A DNA stretch of 64,000 nucleotides from Candidatus Bathyarchaeota archaeon (GTDB lineage: Archaea > Thermoproteota > Bathyarchaeia > Bathyarchaeales > Bathycorpusculaceae), in NCBI GenBank assembly GCA_963775465.1, contig CAVZIW010000006.1, positions 32,001 through 96,000 on the forward strand. Direction: 5' to 3'. The position numbers and the translations under genes are program-made. The notes beneath the pieces were generated by a model. It was given only the letters and a program-made list of their open reading frames with translations. It had not been told where the DNA came from and searched no databases. This document shows, piece by piece, positions 30,465 through 38,982 of this stretch; position 1 is the first letter of the stretch, and every line of letters begins with the position of its first letter.

Positions 30465-31268
30465 ATGCTTGATAAACTGCTAATCACAATAATCCTTGGT
30501 ATAATTCAAGGCTTATCGGAATGGCTTCCAATCTCCAGTACAGCGCATCTGAGAGTTGCCGAACACTTTTTTGGTTTCCAAGCAACACCGTTATTTAATG
30601 TTTTTCTCCATTTAGGAACATTGGGAGTTGTGATCTTCTACTTTAGACGCGACATTAAAATCATCCTTAAAGCTTTGGTTCATCGGGATTTTCATTCAGA
30701 GTATGGCAGATTCATCCCTTTAATTATAGTCGCTTCAATCCCCACCGGAATAATCGGCATACTCTACAGCAAGTATATTGCGGATTTCTACCAAACCCTC
30801 TTAATAATCGGCATAACCTTCCTAATCGGTGCTACCTTGTTAACTGTCTCCAAATACGGCAGAGAAAGTCAAAGCCCAATAAGCTATCGCAAAGCCCTAG
30901 TTATAGGGGTCGCCCAAGGTTTTGCCAGTTTTCCAGGTCTCTCCAGAAGCGGCTCAACAATATCCAGTGGGCTTCTGCTTGGAGCAAAAAGGGAAGTAAT
31001 TTTCAGGTTTTCTTTTCTACTCTCGATCCCAGCCATAATAGGCGACTTGGGCGTTGAAGCTTACTTGCAGGGAGGGACATTGGTTTCTGAAGGCGTTGGT
31101 ATCGATCCAATTAATCTTGTGATTGCATTAATGTTCACGGTGGTTTCAGGATACTTAGCTATTACACTTGTTAAGAAACTGGTTTTAAGTAACCGATTTC
31201 ATTATTTTGCTGCTTACACGTTTGCATTAGGCGTTATTTTGATAACTTTGGCACTTTTAGGCTTCTAG
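30465..31268 (+). CDS. uppP: Undecaprenyl-diphosphate phosphatase (BacA/UppP family)
   Basis: GIIQGLSEWLPISSTAH, PGLSRSGSTI, FSFLLSIPA. Confidence 0.93.
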   Translation: MLDKLLITIILGIIQGLSEWLPISSTAHLRVAEHFFGFQATPLFNVFLHLGTLGVVIFYFRRDIKIILKALVHRDFHSEYGRFIPLIIVASIPTGIIGILYSKYIADFYQTLLIIGITFLIGATLLTVSKYGRESQSPISYRKALVIGVAQGFASFPGLSRSGSTISSGLLLGAKREVIFRFSFLLSIPAIIGDLGVEAYLQGGTLVSEGVGIDPINLVIALMFTVVSGYLAITLVKKLVLSNRFHYFAAYTFALGVILITLALLGF

Positions 31269-31343
31269 GAAACGCTATATGGCAAACCAAAATCAATAAA
31301 TACTTTTTTGGTAAAACCAGAGGTAATTCATGAGGGATGATTT

Positions 31344-31526
31344 TTGTCAGGCGAATTTGAAAACCAAATAAAAAAAATAACCGATAGCGAGTCGGCGCAA
31401 AAAATAATAGATTTAATTACTGCAGCTGGACAAGAATTTCCTTGCTTGACCTGCCCTTCTAATGCAGAGTGTGGTAGCTTTAAATGGTTTATCAAATGGT
31501 TTGGAAAGATCGATACTAATCCCTAA
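31344..31526 (+). CDS. Small Cys-containing hypothetical protein
   Basis: 60 aa with FPCLTCPSNAEC motif. Confidence 0.6.
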   Translation: MSGEFENQIKKITDSESAQKIIDLITAAGQEFPCLTCPSNAECGSFKWFIKWFGKIDTNP

Positions 31527-31565
31527 AAGATAAAAAGATTTTTAGCTGTCTAAAAGGTTGAGGAT

Positions 31566-33362
31566 TTAAATGATTTTTTCCAAATTCTCAATAAATCGCC
31601 TAAAGACCTTCAAGCTTCCACTCCAAAAGTCTGGTGCAGCTACATCTAATCCAACGATTTTGCCAATTTGTAGTGGGGACAAGCTGCCGCCAGCCGATAA
31701 GAGCCTTTACTAGTTTAGGTACAAACGCTTTTCCTTCCTCTAAATATCGTTCATACAGTGCATAAACAAACATTTGAGCGTAGACGTAGGGGTAGTTGTA
31801 GAAGCGGTAGTTTGCCATGAAATAATGAGGTTTCATCGTCCATTCTGCATTCATTTCCGGTAGCCATGTGATTGAGTTGCCGTATATGCGGTCACGGGCT
31901 TTTATCCAGAGGTTGCATATAGTTGGGTAATCCAAGAATTCACCTTGCTCAATAGAGGTGTATAGTGCTTGTTCAAACCACACACGGGCGGTAACTTGAA
32001 AAGTCGTCATTCCTGCTTCGTCCAAGATTAGGCAAACAGTGCTTTGCGTTCGGTTATCTGTTTTTGCTCCTTTAAGTAACGAATCGGTTAGCAGAAGTTC
32101 CCCAAAGATCGAAGCTGTCTCCGCTACAATAGAAGGGAGCATGCATGTTGAACAGTGTTTGGTTTCTTGAAGCATACCAGTCATGGGTGGCATGTCCAAG
32201 TTCATGGGCTAAAGTGTATATGTCGCTGAGTGTACCGTTAAAGCTCTGCAATATGTAAGCGGATTTGCCCTTGTAGTAGCCTGCACAAAACGCTCCGTTG
32301 CGTTTTCCAAAACGAGGCGTGGCGTCAATATGACGTTTTTGGAACATTTCCACAACCGCTGTGGCGTAGGCGGGGTCAAAGCGACTGCATGATTTGGTAA
32401 TTAATTCTTGGGCTTGTTTGAAAGTGAACTTCATTTCTGAGTGTCAGGTAATGGAGCAATAAGGTCATGGTTGCCCAGTCACCGACAAACCCATCAATCT
32501 TAGCTTTTGTTTTGAGGTAGCGTTGATAGGAGACAGCGCCTTCTTCGACTGTTTTGAGCAGATTCTCTATTATGCCTAATTCGGTATCGTTGCTGATTAA
32601 GCTGGCTTCCATCGGGGTTGAATATTTTCTTCGTTTTGAAACCGTTACCCAATCATTACAAATAGCTCTCAATGCTGAGCTGAAGATTTCTCCATCCTTG
32701 CCCAGTAACCCATAGATGCTGCGGTTAGCTGATTCGCGTGTGGAGCGATCAGGATGAGCTAAAAGTCCATTAGCTTCACAGTAACTCAGAGTCTTTTTTT
32801 CCCCCAAGACATTATATCAAACAACCGCGTGTTAAGCCATTTGCACTGGAGTTCCTCCCATGCATCCACGCCAAATTGGTCTTTTTCGATTATGATTTGC
32901 TCTTCAATCTCAGAGAGCTGGTGCTCAACGCGGCGTTGTAGACGCTCAAGCATATGTCGATAATTGGTTAAGGTGGGTTCTTGGATAAGTTCTGGTTTGT
33001 TTTTTACTAGTTTGCCAAGTTCCAGTGAGTAAAATGCCAGTTGCTTGCTGATTTGAGCTTCAAGTTTTTCAACCTTATCATTAAGAGTTGGGTTTCCGGT
33101 AAAGTCATGTTGGCAGCAAACGAGAGGCTAGCGAATAGATGAAACATCGCTGAGTTTGCCTCAAAGGTTTCAATTTCTTCGAAAGCACTGTAATAAATCA
33201 TCAGGTGAAAGGCTGGCTTATTTTGCCTCGATATTTTTTCTCAAACTCATTTGTGAAAGTCGTGGCTTCTGCGATGGTTTGGTTGATTTTAGGGTCAGAT
33301 ATGCTCGGGAAAAGCTCTGTTAAATCCCATGTAACTTGGTTACTCAAATCAATGTTCCTCAT
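31566..33362 (-). CDS. pepF: Oligoendopeptidase F (M3B), split by several frameshifts
   Basis: WDLTELFP start; GKRNGAFC, TLAHELGH (HEXXH), AETASIFGE, FYNYPY spread over ORFs 33007-33201, 32376-32807, 32072-32434, 31600-32205. Confidence 0.88.
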
Positions 33363-33485
33363 ATTTCTCTATTCTCTGTCGGTTATTTTTTGGAATCATT
33401 GTCTAAAAAAGGCGTGATAGTTTTTTCCATTTTTTATTATATAGAATAGGTGCTGCACACGTCAATTCACATTCAGCTTAAAGCT

Positions 33486-33638
33486 TCAAGCCGTAGCTTT
33501 TTTGCCTTTTTTGGTCGTTATGAAATGAGATCCGCATGCTGGGCAGGCAATAAACTCGTTTTCTCCTACTGCGTCAAATTCGAAAGTTGCGTGGCAACTC
33601 GGGCATTTAAAGAATATTGTGTTTTTTGTTGTTTGCAT
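33486..33638 (-). CDS. LysW-like zinc-ribbon protein lacking the EDWGE tail (50 aa; not in ORF track)
   Basis: MQTTKNTIFFKCPSCHATFEFDAVGENEFIACPACGSHFITTKKGKKATA*. Confidence 0.65.
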   Translation of the reverse strand: MQTTKNTIFFKCPSCHATFEFDAVGENEFIACPACGSHFITTKKGKKATA

Positions 33639-33984
33639 TTTTTTTACCTTTTAAACTTTTTTTTAAGAACATGCAGAAATCTTTAGAGTAATCGAAATCT
33701 TCAGAAATCGCTTGCTTTTCTTAATATTGGAAGACTAAGTATTAACGCTTTCTGTAAAACATTAAGATTGTTCCATCTAGAAAATGGTTTACACTCTTGT
33801 AAATAAGCAGTCTGGTTCTCAAGGTTGATTGATTGCGAATCACTTTTTCTGGGTTGGACTCAGTCCCCTAAAGTGGTTAGCCAAAAAACTTGATGAAAAC
33901 TGCTCGCGTCCATTAATTGCTTAGTCAAGTTTTCTTGACGAAAATACCTATAAGGTGATGCTTTCATGAAGTTTCTGATAGCAC

Positions 33985-34926
33985 ATGAAAGCCTGCATTG
34001 CCTTAGTTACTGTCTGCCTGATAGTTTGTCTTTCTATCGTCGCATTACCAGTTAAAGCACAAGAACCACTCAACCTAACGATCAAGCCAGATGGAAGCAT
34101 TGAACCAAACACTGATTTTACTTGGCTTCAAAGAAACGGGAACACCTACATCTTTATAGTAGATATTTTTGGCACCATAACAGTTCAAAGAGCAGGAATT
34201 ATAATAGACGGAGCAGGGCACACTCTTGAAGGCAATCAGGCGGTAAATATGAGAGCGATAAATCTGGTGGGCCATGATGAAACCTTCAATGCTTATGGTA
34301 ACGTCTTAGTGAAGAATCTGCGAATTTACAATTTCTTAGAAGGCATATACACGCCCTCAAACAACAACAGCTTTATCGGCAACCGCTTTGAGAACGCAGG
34401 CATACACATTCTAGGCGGCAGTGGAGTAGGCAACCTAGTAAAACATAACAGTTTCATTAACGCTCGAGTTTTCGTGGACTATAACCGCGGCGGGCTTGAT
34501 GTAATTACGGAAAACAACTTCTTTAACAGTGGAACGCTTGTTGATTTGGCGGATGCCCCCTTTGTAGATAGAAACTACTGGAGCAATTACGCTGCCTCCT
34601 ATCCTAACGCCACCGAAGTGGACAGTTCAGGGATCTGGGATACCCCTTATGTCGACGAAGTTAATTGGGCAACGAACAGAAGCATTGATTACCATCCGTT
34701 AATCAACTCGATAACCGATTTTGAGATTTCTGCTTTTGGCACTTCCCCTCCATCGGCAACGACTACTCCAACACAGCATCCAACCATTAATACTGGTGCA
34801 GAACCACCACAGACCGAGCTTTTTCCAAAAACATTAGTCATTGGGTCTGTAATTGGTGTGGCTGTTGTTAGCGTGGTTTTGTTGGTCTACTACAAAAAAC
34901 ACGTGATCCATGCAAAGAGAAGTTAG
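33985..34926 (+). CDS. Membrane-anchored surface protein with parallel beta-helix (NosD/pectate lyase-like) repeats
   Basis: Signal peptide, IIIDGAGHTLEG, Asn-ladder repeats, NYWSNY...GIWDTPY...IDYHPL, C-terminal TM plus basic tail. Confidence 0.8.
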   Translation: MKACIALVTVCLIVCLSIVALPVKAQEPLNLTIKPDGSIEPNTDFTWLQRNGNTYIFIVDIFGTITVQRAGIIIDGAGHTLEGNQAVNMRAINLVGHDETFNAYGNVLVKNLRIYNFLEGIYTPSNNNSFIGNRFENAGIHILGGSGVGNLVKHNSFINARVFVDYNRGGLDVITENNFFNSGTLVDLADAPFVDRNYWSNYAASYPNATEVDSSGIWDTPYVDEVNWATNRSIDYHPLINSITDFEISAFGTSPPSATTTPTQHPTINTGAEPPQTELFPKTLVIGSVIGVAVVSVVLLVYYKKHVIHAKRS

Positions 34927-34956
34927 TCAAGAAGTTTAGACTAAGAAATAAGTTGA

Positions 34957-35214
34957 GATGATAAGTGTATGTTGTTGGCGGCTTCAGCTTTGAAAGTCTC
35001 CCAAGTAACAATGTAACAACAAGCGCTGTAACAAGCTTACACTGCAATCGGGTATCATTCAGTAACTCCCTTGCTTAAGCCAACCGAGGCATCAAACGCC
35101 ACATCAACCAGCAGCCAAATCAACCAAGCCCAGACGTTTCTGGTAGCTGTCTTGGGAACATTAGTCGTCGTTACTGTTGCAGCGTTGGTTATTGGCGGCG
35201 AAGAATGCGCTTAG
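34957..35214 (+). pseudogene. C-terminal remnant of a Kelch-repeat surface protein
   Basis: DK/YVVGG...SAV/QAYTAIGY, then S/T linker and TM FLVAVLGTLVVVTVAALVI; frameshifted, no start. Confidence 0.5.
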
Positions 35215-35642
35215 ACTCTAGTACGAAGCATCAGGCATTTCTTTAGTATGATAAATATTAAAGATACAATATGGTTGCCTCTATGTCAAGTTGTTATTAT
35301 CGTGTTTAGGCTCATTGCGTGTTTGGGTTAATGATGTATTAGTGCTTTTTTCCTGCAAGCTCAGATTAGACTTCACTTATTGGATTGAGTCAACTTAGAA
35401 GAAGAAGCGAGAAATTTTTTAACCTTCTTCTTCTTTCAGTTAAAATTGATGGCTTGACTTAGGAATCAGCTTTAAGTCGGAAGAAACTTCCTATTGTTGA
35501 AAGAATTCTTTTCTTCTATTTTTGTTCTCGAGTTCTCAATTTTTCTGGCTTTCTATGGTGTCAGTTTGTCGGAAACGTTTATCTGCTAAACGGGCTGGAC
35601 GGGCAGCATGAAAGGTTTTGGGGAGGCTGTTGTGTGTTTAGT

Positions 35643-35686
35643 TTAGTAGTAGTCGTCTGCTGAATTTGGCGGACGACTACTACTAA
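35643..35686. repeat. Inverted repeat TTAGTAGTAGTCGTC-N14-GACGACTACTACTAA
   Basis: 15-bp perfect arms, extendable inward by G-U and Watson-Crick pairs on the + strand. Confidence 0.9.
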
Positions 35687-36677
35687 CGAATAAAAGATGA
35701 CTGGGCGGTTTCTCTTTTATTATTAAAAATGTGTTTCTAGGCTGATTGTGAAAGAAGAAAAAATTGTCTTTTTTCCAGAAAATAGAGATTTTTCTTCTTC
35801 TAAGCGTTGACTATTTCCAAGTTTGTGGGACTGGTGGTTCCTCAGCGAAAACTTGTATCCACTCAGCTTTTGTCTCTTCTGTCCATCTTTAGCTAGTTTG
35901 CCTCTACTTTAGGAACTATGTCAGGGTAATGCTTGAGTATAGTCTGTGCATGTTTTAAGGTCTCTATGTCGTCTGAATCTATGGCTTTTTTACAGAGCGC
36001 CACCAACGTGAGTTTTTGGCGTACTTAGTAATGAGTTAGAAGTTAATCCACTAGTCGGCGGACAGTACAAATTCCTATCCAGAATTGTGCTACGGGCTAG
36101 CTTCACTGCGTCGTTCAAACCGTCGATTCCTAATTGAGTATGACTGATTTTTCCTTGAAACCTCTTTTTGAGGCATAAACAAGACCCTAACAAAATTATG
36201 AACAATGACAGAAACCACTGCAAACCGTTCACGCTCCAACTAGGAGGCGAGGAAAACATTTCGCTTGCTAGCAAGAGGCTAACCAATAAAACATACTTAA
36301 CAAGAGTTTGCTTTTAAGCAATTGCACAAAAGAATAAGAGTTGAACTGAAGCTCAAGTCGTTTTCAAATTTTAGAACTTAGTGAAATGCGCCCAATTGAT
36401 CCTTAATCATAGACTAGAATTCACTTTGGAAAGGTGCTCTTCCATTTGACTTGCTCCTTGTTTGCTTCTTGGGCAAATTGATTGGGTTAGTCAACATGGA
36501 CTTTGCGCAGAGTTCGAGTAAACTCTTTCCCTACAAGCTAGCTTCCATGATTGGAGGATTTAACTGTCGGGGTTATTAAACCGTCCCGGTGGTTGAGACC
36601 CAAAGGAGAAATCGATTTTTTAGCGGTTATTTATTAAAGCAACCAATATTATTACGCTATTTCGTAAAAGGGGCAAA

Positions 36678-36721
36678 GTGCCAAGGGTAGGATTCGAACT
36701 GCACACCCCTGCGGGTAAGAA
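36678..36721 (-). repeat. Degenerate copy of the tRNA-Leu 3' half (att-like scar)
   Basis: gtgccaagggtaggattcgaactgcacacccctgcgggtaag versus gtgctacgggcaggattcgaacctgcgaacccctgcgggaaag at 37387-37429. Confidence 0.85.
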
Positions 36722-36778
36722 CTCTGAAAGAGTAAATTTTTTATTTGCCTATAACTATGGCTATAGTGAGGAATAAAA

Positions 36779-36979
36779 TTGCCAACAACCGTTCAAGTTG
36801 ACGAAAAAACTCTGCTAATGCTAAACAAAATCAAAAAAGAAATGAAAGCCAACAGCCACGACCAAGTCATAAAAACCTTAATTATTGAACGAAAAAAGAT
36901 TCCCCGCTCAATGTTTGGCTCAAACCGTAGACTAAAAACATTCACAAAAGATGATGAAGCGGAATTCCATGACCTCTAA
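36779..36979 (+). CDS. vapB: VapB-type antitoxin (RHH-like)
   Basis: TTVQVDEKTL...SHDQVIKTLI...SMFG; overlaps the PIN gene. Confidence 0.82.
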   Translation: MPTTVQVDEKTLLMLNKIKKEMKANSHDQVIKTLIIERKKIPRSMFGSNRRLKTFTKDDEAEFHDL

Positions 36980-37376
36980 ATTTGTCATAGACGCTTACGC
37001 TTGGATTGAATACTTCAGAGCCTCAAAATACGGTGAAACTGCCAAAGAATACATCGAAAACGCTGATTCAGTAACCCCAAGTATAATTGTTGCTGAAATT
37101 AGCCGAAAACTGGAGAAAGAAATAGAACTTGGAAATGAAACCACAGAAGGCAGACTACAGCGTCTCGATTTCATAAGCGCCAACAGCCAAGTAGTCGCCT
37201 TAGATTTTGATCTCGCAGTAACAGCAGGAAAAACTGATTTAGAAATGAAAAAGAAAATCAAAGACTGGGGTCTAGGAGACTCAATAGTTCTTTGCACGGC
37301 AAGGAATCTTGATGGAAAAGTAGTGACGGGCGATGAGCATTTTAGAGACTTAAAAGAAGTAATTTTCATAAAATAA
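36969..37376 (+). CDS. vapC: VapC PIN-domain toxin
   Basis: VIDAYAWIEY, AE, GLGDSIV, VVTGDEHF. Confidence 0.92.
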   Translation: MTSKFVIDAYAWIEYFRASKYGETAKEYIENADSVTPSIIVAEISRKLEKEIELGNETTEGRLQRLDFISANSQVVALDFDLAVTAGKTDLEMKKKIKDWGLGDSIVLCTARNLDGKVVTGDEHFRDLKEVIFIK

Positions 37377-37384
37377 TTTTTATT

Positions 37385-37510
37385 TGGTGCTACGGGCAGG
37401 ATTCGAACCTGCGAACCCCTGCGGGAAAGGATTTCCCATCATAGGGCCAGACCTGCCGGCCAATGTTGATCTTGAGTCCTTCACCTTTGACCTGGCTTGG
37501 TTACCGTAGC
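37385..37510 (-). tRNA. tRNA-Leu(CAA) with 38-nt canonical intron (37433-37470) and encoded CCA
   Basis: AAGGA-CTCAAG^...^A-TCCTT anticodon arm, BHB (CUCA/UGGG helix with AGA and AAA bulges), long variable arm, GGTTCGAATCC. Confidence 0.95.
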
Positions 37511-37605
37511 ATAGTGCAGTACAAAATTGTTTGGTTACTGTCTTATTAATCATTCTCACATGTTACCGCAAAAGTAAAAGACTCATTCATCGATAGTAAG
37601 GGAAG

Positions 37606-38485
37606 ATGCGGACTAACCACAAGATTATCTTTGGTAACAGCCAACAAATGAGCGAAGTCGCTGAAGGTCATGTTCACTTAATTGTGACTTCGCCGCCTTA
37701 CCCTATGATTGCAATGTGGGATGAACTGTTTTGTAAGGCAGATCCCAAAATCGAAGAATATTGGAGAAATTTGGAGTCAACTGGTAACGATGCAAATGTG
37801 CGGCAAATTTACGATGCAATGCATGAAAACCTTGCCAAAGTTTGGACTGAAACCTACCGCGTACTTTGCGATGGCGGAATCGCTTGCATAAATGTCGGAG
37901 ATGCAACCCGTAGCATCAACGGCAAATTCCAACTTTTCCCCAACCACTCACGTATTACCGAAATCTGCGAAAAAATTGGCTTCACAACGCTCCCATATAT
38001 TCTATGGAAAAAACCCACCAACAAACCTGCCTACAAGGGCAAAGGTGCTTTTTTAGGTTCAGGTTTTTTGCCTCCAAACGCTTATGTAACTTTGGATTGT
38101 GAGTTTATTTTGATTTTTAGAAAAGGGGGCCTTCGTAAGTTTCAGCCCAAAGATGCAAATCGGTATGAAAGCGCTTTTACTAAAAAGCAGAGAGATGAAT
38201 GGTTTAGCCAAATCTGGAACCTTAAAGGGCACGCGCCAAGCTGCGGATGATCTGCAACGCAGAACAGCTGCTTATCCAGAAGAAATCGTAGACCGCTTAA
38301 TCAGAATGTTTAGCGTCAAAGGCGAGATTGTCCTTGACCCCTTCTTAGGCTCAGGGACCACAGTCAAAGTCGCTATTAAAAATGAGCGCAGCAGCATTGG
38401 ATATGAAAACGATAATGACTTGTTCTCGTTGATAACCCAAAAAATCAGTATAGATGCTGGAAATGTTGAAATAATCAAACGCTAA
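37606..38485 (+). CDS. N4/N6 site-specific DNA methyltransferase, beta class (frameshift near 38228)
   Basis: VTSPPY (motif IV) precedes VLDPFLGSGTT (motif I); removing one G joins the two ORFs. Confidence 0.9.
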
Positions 38486-38532
38486 CGATTAATATCTCTC
38501 CTCTCGATTTTATGCAAGCAAGGTACTGATAA

Positions 38533-38850
38533 TTGAGCAAGAAGATCTCGATAGATAAGAAACCTATGGGGTTTGGAAATACCTCTAGAAGGTTTACTCA
38601 AACGGGCAGACGCTTAAAAGGTAACCTTGCCAAGGATCGCTTTGCTTTTGACCAAGCAATGCAGGGTCATGACTGCATCAAAATTCGTAAGGGGGGCGAT
38701 TTTATGGTTCAGAAACGGGACTTTTTTGGAAATAAGGTTGGGGAGCCAACGATTTTTGAGGTTAAGACTGATAATTCTGAGTTAACTGAGGCTCAGTTGA
38801 ATCGCCGGCGGAAGCTTGGGCGAAATCGTTATAGGATTGTTAGGTACTGA
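38533..38850 (+). CDS. Small basic protein with PD-(D/E)XK / VRR-Nuc-like motif
   Basis: GGDF...IFEVKT...LTEAQ pattern. Confidence 0.55.
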   Translation: MSKKISIDKKPMGFGNTSRRFTQTGRRLKGNLAKDRFAFDQAMQGHDCIKIRKGGDFMVQKRDFFGNKVGEPTIFEVKTDNSELTEAQLNRRRKLGRNRYRIVRY

Positions 38851-38982
38851 AACTTTGCTTTGTCTGAGCTGGAGGGTTAATGCCAAAGAGACTTGTCTTT
38901 CTTGAAGTTGATTTAAGGTAATTTATGTCTGTTTTAGCTAAACCTTAAAACCAATCCGGTAACGGTAATTTACCCGAAGAGA

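Noticed and set aside
33450-33686. + strand 78-aa ORF
   Set aside because: Antisense shadow of the minus-strand zinc-ribbon gene
36678-36721. Split tRNA half
   Set aside because: T-arm and acceptor mismatches and no complementary leader; treated as an att scar
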